Shown: one piece after another, positions 1 through 6,652 of the stretch | Position numbering within the stretch: position 1 is the stretch's first letter | Layout: each line of letters begins with the position of its first letter | Virus record (IMG/VR): IMGVR_UViG_3300046786_000657 | Coordinates: 1-44,454 of that record | DNA from: a virus | Lineage: Duplodnaviria > Caudoviricetes | DNA length: 44,454 nucleotides | Direction: 5' to 3' (one strand) | Notes under the pieces: model-generated | Told to the model about the DNA's origin: nothing | The model's input: only the letters and a program-made list of their open reading frames with translations | Database searches by the model: none | Translations under genes and position numbers: made by a program

Positions 1-649
1 TGTAGCAAATAGTGTTTATAGTCTTGCAAACTGTAGTTTATCATCATTCACAGGTGATGACAACGCTTTCCCAACCACTGCATCTGTTAATGTAAAAATC
101 ACTTTATGTAATACATTAGAGAATATAGTTGTTGGTTTGAACAATGCAAGTCAAGACTACAATGTTGAAAGCATATTATTTGATGACACGCAATTTGGAT
201 TACAGATATTAGATAATACCGATGGAACGCAATCAGGTGTTGTGAGTTTTGTTGGAAGTGCATCAGCAAATAATGTTAGGACTTTTAGAACAAGTGCTGA
301 TAGTGCTGGTGGTCAGATAACTGTACCATTTAATACTGCTGTTACGAGTATAGGCACTAATTTCTTAACAAACGCAGCTGGTGTATTCACATTTACTCGT
401 GCAGTAACTTGTCAAGTTAATATCACAATTAATTGTAATGCAAACCCAGATGGCTGGGGTGTTATAAATGGTGCATGGACTACAGGTACAAGATACAACC
501 AAGCATCAACAAGTGCCAATAAGTTTTCTGTTACTCAAATCATTACTTTTGCATCAGGTGATACTTACCAATGGCGACCAAATAATGGAGTGACTATATT
601 GGGTAATGGTGGTACTAACTCGTTTATAGAGTTTATCGCATTAAACTAG
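1..649 (+). CDS. 3' part of the third large tail fibre/receptor-binding protein (continues from 42341..44454 across the circular junction; ~920 aa total)
   Basis: Frame is open from position 2 to the TAG at 647-649 and is the same frame as the ORF running off the right end (..ITV|T|VANSVY..). C-terminus is a beta-rich, C1q/BclA-like domain (ITVPFNT..GVFTF..TFASGDTY..SFIEFIALN). Confidence 0.8.
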   Translation, partial: VANSVYSLANCSLSSFTGDDNAFPTTASVNVKITLCNTLENIVVGLNNASQDYNVESILFDDTQFGLQILDNTDGTQSGVVSFVGSASANNVRTFRTSADSAGGQITVPFNTAVTSIGTNFLTNAAGVFTFTRAVTCQVNITINCNANPDGWGVINGAWTTGTRYNQASTSANKFSVTQIITFASGDTYQWRPNNGVTILGNGGTNSFIEFIALN

Positions 650-660
650 ATAGGTGATTT

Positions 661-1002
661 ATGGATTTTAACGAAATTGAGAGAAGGCTTGATGAAATAG
701 CACATAGACAAAAAACTATGTGCTCAACACTAAACACATTGAGCACTCAAGTTGAATTGAACAAGAACAACATAAGCAATAAAGAGAAGTCAGATAGGAC
801 TATTGCTGTTGTGATATGGGCGATGCTGGGTATTATTATAAGTTTATTAACGTATATCGAGCAACTGCAAATCAATGCAAATACTACTGCAGTTAAGAAT
901 GTTAATGAATTATTTGACAGGGATACCCAAAATCAATGGAAAGAAATCGATAGTATTTCTCATCGATTAACCGATGTAGAAAAGAAAGCAACTTTTAAGT
1001 GA
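661..1002 (+). CDS. Coiled-coil + single-TM membrane protein, holin/antiholin candidate
   Basis: N-terminal coiled coil, hydrophobic IAVVIWAMLGIIISLLTYI, position directly after the fibre genes. Confidence 0.5.
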   Translation: MDFNEIERRLDEIAHRQKTMCSTLNTLSTQVELNKNNISNKEKSDRTIAVVIWAMLGIIISLLTYIEQLQINANTTAVKNVNELFDRDTQNQWKEIDSISHRLTDVEKKATFK

Positions 1003-1009
1003 GGTGGAT

Positions 1010-1204
1010 ATGGAAGTAAAATCTTTAAAAGAGTTATTTGTGGCACTAAAATTAAGGTTCTACAACTTTTTATCAACTACTGCATTTAATCTTTCTACAT
1101 TAGAGGGTTTAGTGCTTGGTGGATTAGTTTATTACTTCCCATCTCATGCTAAAGAGATAACAGAATTCTTCGCAATGTATCTCGGGTTTAAGAAAGATAG
1201 ATGA
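1010..1204 (+). CDS. Small membrane protein, holin candidate
   Basis: GAGG RBS before ATG 1010; hydrophobic segments; basic C-terminus (KKDR). Confidence 0.45.
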   Translation: MEVKSLKELFVALKLRFYNFLSTTAFNLSTLEGLVLGGLVYYFPSHAKEITEFFAMYLGFKKDR

Positions 1205-1281
1205 TGTGCTATTATGATTGGTGCTTTCTCGGTAGTTGCATTGGTATATTGATATTCATAATTTGGACAATGTATCGCTGA
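1201..1281 (+). CDS. 26-aa hydrophobic peptide (MMCYYDWCFLGSCIGILIFIIWTMYR)
   Basis: ATGA overlap with the previous stop; TM-like; below the ORF-track cutoff. Confidence 0.3.
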   Translation: MMCYYDWCFLGSCIGILIFIIWTMYR

Positions 1282-1293
1282 TGATGTTATAAT
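1264..1293 (+). promoter_or_regulatory. Sigma70-type promoter (TGGACA-N18-TATAAT, extended -10 TGt)
   Basis: Motifs read directly; lies just upstream of a GC-rich structured element. Confidence 0.5.
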
Positions 1294-1299
1294 ATTGAT

Positions 1300-1350
1300 A
1301 GTAGTTACCCGGCACTCTGGCGAAAGCCGAGCAAAACGCTGGGTCTTTCC
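1300..1350 (+). ncRNA. Candidate small structured RNA (or terminator-like hairpin)
   Basis: ACCCGGC/GCTGGGT outer stem enclosing CTC-t-GGC-GAAA-GCC-GAG; GC-rich island in AT-rich DNA; a G-U pair favours the + strand. Confidence 0.4.
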
Positions 1351-1435
1351 CTTATATTTTCATCACGACAAACTACATATGATGAAAATTTGCCATTTTT
1401 TCGACATGACAATTTAAAATAATCAAAAATAAATA

Positions 1436-1463
1436 TATACAAATGTAAAAAATATGATATAAT
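1436..1463 (+). promoter_or_regulatory. Promoter of the accessory gene cluster (extended -10 TGaTATAAT at 1455-1463)
   Basis: Motif seen; precedes a leader and ORF 1573. Confidence 0.55.
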
Positions 1464-1524
1464 ACTTATTAGTAAAGTTAAATAAGAAGAGTGAGGAATT
1501 TTTATTTAAACTTACTTGTAAGTT

Positions 1525-1560
1525 AAGCCATCGTTTCCTCACATACGGTGGCTTTTTTAT
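1525..1560 (+). terminator. Intrinsic terminator in the leader of the accessory operon (possible attenuator)
   Basis: AAGCCATCGT/ACGGTGGCTT stem followed by a T-run; loop TTCCTCAC is complementary to upstream GTGAGGAA (1491-1498). Confidence 0.65.
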
Positions 1561-1572
1561 TTGGAGCATAAA

Positions 1573-1926
1573 ATGGCTGAATATATTGAATGTGTTAAAG
1601 GTTCTAGTTACTCTGCTAACATAGTAGATGAAAACAATGTGTTTTTAGGTTGGGAAGATGGACAAGAATGTTGTGAAATCTTTAATGTTGAGATAGTAGA
1701 TGAAGACGGTAAAATATTAGAAGATTGGAATTGTCTATCTCCTTATGTGTTTGATACACTATATATTGACGAATCAAGATATGAGTGTGTGCAATTTAGA
1801 CTGTATGATAAAATGGGTGTGGAAAAAGACTTATTCGTTAATATATCTAATGAACATAATGGATATTATTCACATGGTTTTGAATTCGGTGTTACTGTTA
1901 AAATTATAAAAAGTGGGAGAGTATAA
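1573..1926 (+). CDS. Hypothetical phage protein with Q-x-CCE and NEHNGYYS motifs
   Basis: ORF; GGAG RBS before ATG 1573; motif pair typical of a conserved phage hypothetical family. Confidence 0.75.
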   Translation: MAEYIECVKGSSYSANIVDENNVFLGWEDGQECCEIFNVEIVDEDGKILEDWNCLSPYVFDTLYIDESRYECVQFRLYDKMGVEKDLFVNISNEHNGYYSHGFEFGVTVKIIKSGRV

Positions 1927-1928
1927 AA

Positions 1929-2252
1929 ATGAGTTTATTAAAATACAAAGCACAATGGGAAAAATTAGCATATAAAGTCGGAAAGTATAAAACACATGAT
2001 GAAGCATTAGCAGCAGTTAAACAAGGTGGTCATGCTTTAGTATATGTTAAAGAACAAACTGAAGAAATCTGTTTAGCAGCAGTTAAAGAAAGTGGTTGTG
2101 CTTTACAATATGTTCATACCCAAACTGAAGCAATATGTCTTGCAGCAGTTAAACAAGATATTGATGCTTTACAATATGTTCATCCAAGATTTTTAGAAGG
2201 TGATGATATTATTGTTCTAAATGGCGTTAAATATAAGAAAGTGAGTGAGTAG
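1929..2252 (+). CDS. Helical-repeat protein (DUF4116-like)
   Basis: Repeats of LAAVKQ.G.ALQYV..QTE.IC. Confidence 0.8.
   Translation: MSLLKYKAQWEKLAYKVGKYKTHDEALAAVKQGGHALVYVKEQTEEICLAAVKESGCALQYVHTQTEAICLAAVKQDIDALQYVHPRFLEGDDIIVLNGVKYKKVSE
2007..2183 (+). repeat. 66-bp coding tandem repeat, ~2.7 copies
   Basis: Units start at 2007, 2073 and 2139 (..GCAGCAGTTAAA..). Confidence 0.85.
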
Positions 2253-2565
2253 AATGCAAAACATAATCATAAGAAAAAACACTATAACATTTGTTGAACA
2301 AAATAATCTAACTCTTATTAAGGAACATATAGTTTCTATGGACTATCTTGAGCAACTCGATTATAACAGACTTGGAATAACAAGTAGGTATGCAGATTAT
2401 AATGTTAAATGCACCAAAGAACAATTTGATGAGATTATTGCGTGGCTTGATATGGAAACACCAATACAATATATATCAAATACTACAATGGAATGTGGAT
2501 GTAGTAAGCAATCAATGCCACTTTGGATGGCACGGACATTTAATAATACAGGAGAAGTAAAATGA
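2245..2565 (+). CDS. Hypothetical protein
   Basis: ORF overlapping both neighbours. Confidence 0.65.
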   Translation: MSRMQNIIIRKNTITFVEQNNLTLIKEHIVSMDYLEQLDYNRLGITSRYADYNVKCTKEQFDEIIAWLDMETPIQYISNTTMECGCSKQSMPLWMARTFNNTGEVK

Positions 2566-2954
2566 AAAATACAAACAATAAATGGATTCTTCGTGGCTCA
2601 CATAGTGGAAGTGAAGAGTTATTTGACATTAAATGCTTTGATAATAGAGAAGATGCTATAAAATTCATGCAAGATATGGCATGTGGCTGTAGTTATTATG
2701 TAACCAATGTTACAGATGAAAATCCTGAACCAAATGAACAGGAAACAGAACTGGAACAGATAGGAAAAAAATATCTTGGAGTCAAAACAATACTTGAAAC
2801 TTCGTATGTTGTTGAGATAAATTTACTTTGTGATTGGATATTTTATGGAAAATATTATGATGAAGCTCAAGCAACTAGAGCATATGATTATTTAACTAAG
2901 AAAAAAAATGTACATGCAAGAGTGTTTAAGAATATTAAGGAGTTGGTAGAATGA
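2562..2954 (+). CDS. Hypothetical protein, possibly two fused copies of the small-paralog fold
   Basis: KWIL..IKCFDNREDAIKF..YYV and SYVVE..GKYYDEAQATRAY..ARV. Confidence 0.7.
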   Translation: MKNTNNKWILRGSHSGSEELFDIKCFDNREDAIKFMQDMACGCSYYVTNVTDENPEPNEQETELEQIGKKYLGVKTILETSYVVEINLLCDWIFYGKYYDEAQATRAYDYLTKKKNVHARVFKNIKELVE

Positions 2955-3035
2955 CTAAATGTTTATTTTGTGATAAGGAAATAAAAGACAGGTGAGTTAT
3001 TAAGAATAGTTTATTTTATGGAGTAAGGGGTTGGT

Positions 3036-3224
3036 ATGAAAGTATTTTTAGTAAAAACGGGGCAGGAATGGGAAACACACTTTAGAGATATAGCAGTATT
3101 CTCTACATATGAAAAGGCAAAAAAATATGTAGATAAATGCAATAACTATAAAGATATAGATGATGATGATGATATTTATTATCTTGTATCTCCATTTTAT
3201 GTAGATGAAAAGGAAGTAAAATGA
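3036..3224 (+). CDS. Small FST-x-EKA family protein (paralog)
   Basis: MKVFLV..AVFSTYEKAKKY..YYLV..VD. Confidence 0.8.
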   Translation: MKVFLVKTGQEWETHFRDIAVFSTYEKAKKYVDKCNNYKDIDDDDDIYYLVSPFYVDEKEVK

Positions 3225-3436
3225 AAGTAAAATTAGAAGAAAATATTTCGTTTGCAGTGGTCAGATATAATAAGATAGGTAAATCTCGTAAAAGTTATAT
3301 CACATGGTGTTCTTATAGAACAATAGAAGAAGCAGAAAAAGCAAAAGATGACTACATAAAATCCACAGATGATTATTGTAATTGTGATTATGAATATAGA
3401 ATAATTAAAGCAACATATAAAAAGGAATTGATATGA
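3221..3436 (+). CDS. Small protein, divergent member of the paralog family
   Basis: FAVV..CSYRTIEEAEKA..EYRII. Confidence 0.75.
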   Translation: MKVKLEENISFAVVRYNKIGKSRKSYITWCSYRTIEEAEKAKDDYIKSTDDYCNCDYEYRIIKATYKKELI

Positions 3437-3603
3437 AAGTATATTTAGTACGATGCAAGGTTAAAGACCAATTCGAATGGAAAGATGTAGGCGTATTTTC
3501 TACTTTAGAAAAAGCACAGGAATTTGCAAGTAAATACAAAAAAATTATTTCAGTTTTTAACATGGAATATGACTTTAAAAAATTAGATTTTGATATGGAG
3601 TAA
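3433..3603 (+). CDS. Small FST-x-EKA family protein, 56 aa (not in ORF track)
   Basis: MKVYLVRCKVKDQFEWKDVGVFSTLEKAQEFASKYKKIISVFNMEYDFKKLDFDME; AAGGA RBS; ATGA overlap. Confidence 0.8.
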   Translation: MKVYLVRCKVKDQFEWKDVGVFSTLEKAQEFASKYKKIISVFNMEYDFKKLDFDME

Positions 3604-3606
3604 AAT

Positions 3607-3777
3607 ATGAAAGTATATGTAGTTGATTCATATTATGATATTGCTAATGAGCGTTATTTAGAAAAAATATTTTCCACATTAGAAAAAGCAAAGGCATATT
3701 GTGATGAGCGTAGTGGAATTATTAATGATGATGATTATGATGGTGATTATTATATAACTGAATATGAGGTTGATTAG
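3607..3777 (+). CDS. Small FST-x-EKA family protein, 56 aa (not in ORF track)
   Basis: MKVYVVDSYYDIANERYLEKIFSTLEKAKAYCDERSGIINDDDYDGDYYITEYEVD; GGAG RBS. Confidence 0.8.
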   Translation: MKVYVVDSYYDIANERYLEKIFSTLEKAKAYCDERSGIINDDDYDGDYYITEYEVD

Positions 3778-3785
3778 GAGTAAAT

Positions 3786-4004
3786 ATGAAAGATGCTAAT
3801 ATTCAAGTTAAAATAAACACTGATGAGTTAGAGGATTTGCTATCAAACACAAGTTGTCTGGTGGCTCAAATACGAAATAGTATAGAATTAATGCGTGCAA
3901 TAGATGAATATACTGATGCTATACAAAAGTATGTATTAGGCAAATGCTCATATAATGACGCAATTAATGTATTTAGAAGACTTTATGATGGAGTTGAGAA
4001 ATGA
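3786..4004 (+). CDS. Hypothetical protein
   Basis: ORF with AGGAG RBS. Confidence 0.7.
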   Translation: MKDANIQVKINTDELEDLLSNTSCLVAQIRNSIELMRAIDEYTDAIQKYVLGKCSYNDAINVFRRLYDGVEK

Positions 4005-4243
4005 ATTGTTGTAAATGTGCAATTAAATTAAGTGGTGATTATGTTGTTCTATCAGATGAAACATATTGTAATAAATGCCATAAAAAGATGGGATTAAATG
4101 AACAAATAGAAAATTTAACTATAATGATATACAATATGATAGATGACATATTTGGTGATTTATATCCGACATCTTATTACAATGATGCGATGCGTGAAAT
4201 TAGAGATGCGTTGTATGGTATTGTTGCGAGTAATGATGTATGA
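4001..4243 (+). CDS. Hypothetical Zn-ribbon protein
   Basis: CCKC..YCNKC; GGAG RBS; ATGA overlap. Confidence 0.7.
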   Translation: MNCCKCAIKLSGDYVVLSDETYCNKCHKKMGLNEQIENLTIMIYNMIDDIFGDLYPTSYYNDAMREIRDALYGIVASNDV

Positions 4244-4410
4244 AAAATAAATATATAGTTTGGTTCAAACCTAAATATGTAGAAGGTATGCCAGAGGGGT
4301 GGTGGCTTGATTGTGCAATTACAAATAAAGAATACGCAACGGATTATGTAAATAAATTTAAATCCAAGCATCAAGAATTCATAATTAAAATCGAGGAAGT
4401 TGTAGAATGA
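4240..4410 (+). CDS. Small protein, 56 aa, divergent paralog (not in ORF track)
   Basis: MKNKYIVWFKPKYVEGMPEGWWLDCAITNKEYATDYVNKFKSKHQEFIIKIEEVVE; ATGA overlaps at both ends. Confidence 0.75.
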   Translation: MKNKYIVWFKPKYVEGMPEGWWLDCAITNKEYATDYVNKFKSKHQEFIIKIEEVVE

Positions 4411-4595
4411 AAACAGCATATGTAGTTTTTTCTAAAACTGATGACGAGAAATGTTGGACTGCTGATAGTGTATTTTCTACTAGCGAAAAAGCAGAGGAAT
4501 ATTGCGATAAAGGTTGGAAAGAATGGAAAGATTGGAAATCAGTGCTTGAATATTCTATAAAAGAAGTTTATTTTGATAGGGAGTATGGAGAATGA
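4407..4595 (+). CDS. Small FST-x-EKA family protein (paralog)
   Basis: MKTAYVV..SVFSTSEKAEEYCD..EYSIKEVYFD. Confidence 0.8.
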   Translation: MKTAYVVFSKTDDEKCWTADSVFSTSEKAEEYCDKGWKEWKDWKSVLEYSIKEVYFDREYGE

Positions 4596-5083
4596 TAACT
4601 TTATATAGATTTGGTTCCGTCATTGGCTTGGTAGCAGTTATTTCAAGTGTATCTTTTATCTTTGGTATCAATTACCAAAAGAAAATAGACAATGTTGCTA
4701 AATTGAAATCTTATAATAGCCAATTAGTTGCTGACTTGAAACGATTGAATCAGATAAATGAAATCAATGCAAAGGTAAGTCAAGATTATGCTATGCAGAT
4801 TGAATCACAAAGAGAATCATATTTACAATTCACACAGTCATTGCAAGATAAGAACAATAAACTTGTGGCAGAATTAAATAAAACCAATAAAATAAATGGT
4901 ATATTGATTAATAATATAAGACAATCATTCCAACAAGATTACAAATATAATCCCACTATTGAAAGCACAAATTATTTACCAAGTAGTTTAATTCAAGCAG
5001 TTGCTAATGTAGGTTATCAATGCAATAAGATTAGAACGCAGTTAATAAACTTGATAAAATGGAATAAGGAGATAGCAAAATGA
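4592..5083 (+). CDS. Inner-membrane spanin (Rz-like)
   Basis: N-terminal TM, long coiled coil, C-terminal C..IR.QL..LI.W pattern; lipoprotein partner downstream. Confidence 0.7.
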   Translation: MITLYRFGSVIGLVAVISSVSFIFGINYQKKIDNVAKLKSYNSQLVADLKRLNQINEINAKVSQDYAMQIESQRESYLQFTQSLQDKNNKLVAELNKTNKINGILINNIRQSFQQDYKYNPTIESTNYLPSSLIQAVANVGYQCNKIRTQLINLIKWNKEIAK

Positions 5084-5104
5084 ATAATTTAACAATTAAT
5101 AATA

Positions 5105-5181
5105 TGGTCTGGTAGGTAGGACTCGAACCTACGACCCCTTGCTTCCAGGGCAAGTACGCTAACCAACTACGCTACTACCAG
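5105..5181 (-). tRNA. tRNA-Pro(UGG) with encoded CCA and atypical C33/A37
   Basis: Reverse complement folds as a cloverleaf: CTGGTAG/CTACCAG acceptor + ACCA, D arm, CTTGC-CCTGGAA-GCAAG anticodon arm, GTAGG-TTCGAGT-CCTAC T arm; C1-G72 and A73 fit Pro identity. Confidence 0.9.
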
Positions 5182-5187
5182 AATAAT

Positions 5188-5217
5188 AGTATAATATATA
5201 AGGAGTTAATATGTCAA
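5188..5217 (-). promoter_or_regulatory. Sigma70 promoter of the tRNA (TTGACA-N18-TATACT)
   Basis: Near-consensus boxes on the minus strand; -10 ends 6 nt before the tRNA 5' end. Confidence 0.65.
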
Positions 5218-5387
5218 ATAAAAATAAATTTTTATTTATATTGTTTTCTATTTTATTGTCAGGCTGTGCATTATTCAATCAAACACCTGAAATAAGAACA
5301 GTGTATATGTGTCCTACGCCACCCATAGAATTAACTAAAACACCTGCACCAATAGTTGTGCCAAGTATTGAGAGTATTGAATTATGA
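5211..5387 (+). CDS. Outer-membrane spanin lipoprotein (Rz1-like), 58 aa (not in ORF track)
   Basis: AAGGAG RBS; MSNKNKFLFILFSILLSGC lipobox; Pro-rich mature part with a second Cys (CPTPPIELTKTPAP). Confidence 0.75.
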   Translation: MSNKNKFLFILFSILLSGCALFNQTPEIRTVYMCPTPPIELTKTPAPIVVPSIESIEL

Positions 5388-5599
5388 GTTATCCGGAAAT
5401 ACCAGATAACTTGAATTATGTTAAAATATTAAAGAAAGGTATTACAATGAATCTACCAATAGTTTGGCAAAATCAACAGCAAATATTTTTAGATGAATAT
5501 AAGAAAAGATTTACTATACAACTTATTTATGGTTACTCGGGTGAACATATTGTGTTTAGGCGGAGTGATGGATATGTTTTTTTATACACAATGATTTAA
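5384..5599 (+). CDS. Hypothetical protein
   Basis: ORF, ATGA overlap with the previous gene. Confidence 0.6.
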   Translation: MSYPEIPDNLNYVKILKKGITMNLPIVWQNQQQIFLDEYKKRFTIQLIYGYSGEHIVFRRSDGYVFLYTMI

Positions 5600-5629
5600 T
5601 TTAAAATATTAAAGAAAGAAAGGAAAATT

Positions 5630-5785
5630 ATGTTAAGTGCTATAATATTAGCAGGTGCAATCGGATTAGTTGGTTCAGTTGCAGCAGCAGTTGTTTTCAT
5701 CTATATTACTTACAGAAAATATGATAAGTATAATGATGAAGTAATTCGCTCTTTTTTAGGTGAGTATGATGATGGAAATAAGTAA
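5630..5785 (+). CDS. 51-aa single-TM protein, paralog of 5826..5999 (not in ORF track)
   Basis: AAGGA RBS; MLSAIILAGAIGLVGSVAAAVVFIYITYRKYDKYNDEVIRSFLGEYDDGNK. Confidence 0.7.
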   Translation: MLSAIILAGAIGLVGSVAAAVVFIYITYRKYDKYNDEVIRSFLGEYDDGNK

Positions 5786-5825
5786 ATATGGTGTCCAATT
5801 TATAAAATTAAGAGAAGGTAAAGAA
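5766..5825 (+). pseudogene. N-terminal remnant of a second GH24 lysozyme
   Basis: MMMEISKYGVQFIKLREG matches the typical lysozyme start (IS..G..FIK..EG) and breaks off just after the catalytic Glu. Confidence 0.55.
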
Positions 5826-5999
5826 ATGGAAATTGTGGAAAAGGCTATAATATCAGCAAGTTTAGTAGCATTAGTTGGTTTAGTTGTACAAGTAGTTATT
5901 CATATTGCTTGCAGAAAATATCATAAGTATAATGATGAAGTAGTGAAAAAATATCATATGGGTTTTATAGGGGATAGTGATGATGCTAACAATAGATAA
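5826..5999 (+). CDS. 57-aa single-TM protein (holin/antiholin candidate), paralog of 5630..5785
   Basis: TM followed by RKYHKYNDEV; overlaps the endolysin start; in frame with the remnant at 5766. Confidence 0.65.
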   Translation: MEIVEKAIISASLVALVGLVVQVVIHIACRKYHKYNDEVVKKYHMGFIGDSDDANNR

Positions 6000-6456
6000 A
6001 CAAACAATATGCGACTTTTTAAGTCAAGCTGGTATAGAAGGATTTGAATCAGAACCTTATTTAGATAGTGCTGGTATTTCAACGATTGGCTGTGGCACTA
6101 CTGTATATCCTAATGGTAGACGGGTTACATTAAAAGATGTACCTATCAGCAGAGATACTGCATTAGATTATTTATGGTCTTATGTGCAAAAAGATATAAT
6201 CGGACTTAATAGATTAATTATACCAACATTAAATATCAATCAATCAACTGCAATAATTAGTTTTTCATATAATACAGGATTAACTAATTTTAGCGGTTCA
6301 ACATTATTAAGATTAATCAATAATGGAACTGATGATAGCGAAGTAATAAGCAATGCATTTAAGATGTGGAATAAAGTTACAGTAAATGGCAAAAAAGTTG
6401 TTAGTAATGGTTTGGTTAATAGACGTGATGCTGAAATATCACTTTTTTTTAGTTAG
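5977..6456 (+). CDS. Endolysin, GH24 phage lysozyme
   Basis: EGFESEPYLDSAGISTIGCGTT (E-x8-D-x5-T triad), SFSYNTG, GLVNRRDAE. Confidence 0.93.
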   Translation: MMMLTIDKQTICDFLSQAGIEGFESEPYLDSAGISTIGCGTTVYPNGRRVTLKDVPISRDTALDYLWSYVQKDIIGLNRLIIPTLNINQSTAIISFSYNTGLTNFSGSTLLRLINNGTDDSEVISNAFKMWNKVTVNGKKVVSNGLVNRRDAEISLFFS

Positions 6457-6652
6457 GGTTATTCCTAAAACATCACCTATACCAATCCGTAGGGGTATAC
6501 CAATCAGTATAGGCTCTGCTCTTTATGTGGTAGTAATACTTTGTTAACTTATACACGGAACAGACTTTAATTCAAATGTTAATCAAAAATTATTATTTAT
6601 CCCGTGTATATATGCTATTATATCATAAATATACTTTTATAAAGATATTTAT

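Noticed and set aside
1278-1330. Hammerhead ribozyme (CTGATGA ... GAAA)
   Set aside because: No stem II pairing directly between the two core motifs, and no stem III/NUH partner
4177-4419. Minus-strand 80-aa ORF
   Set aside because: Shadow of the plus-strand gene 4240..4410, which fits the operon with ATGA overlaps
5105-5181. attP site / prophage integration at a tRNA
   Set aside because: No integrase or recombinase ORF in the apparently complete genome; the tRNA is full length with its own promoter and has no duplicate
5760-5999. Single 79-aa gene as given in the ORF track
   Set aside because: Better explained as a lysozyme remnant (5766-5825) in frame with a TM paralog starting at 5826
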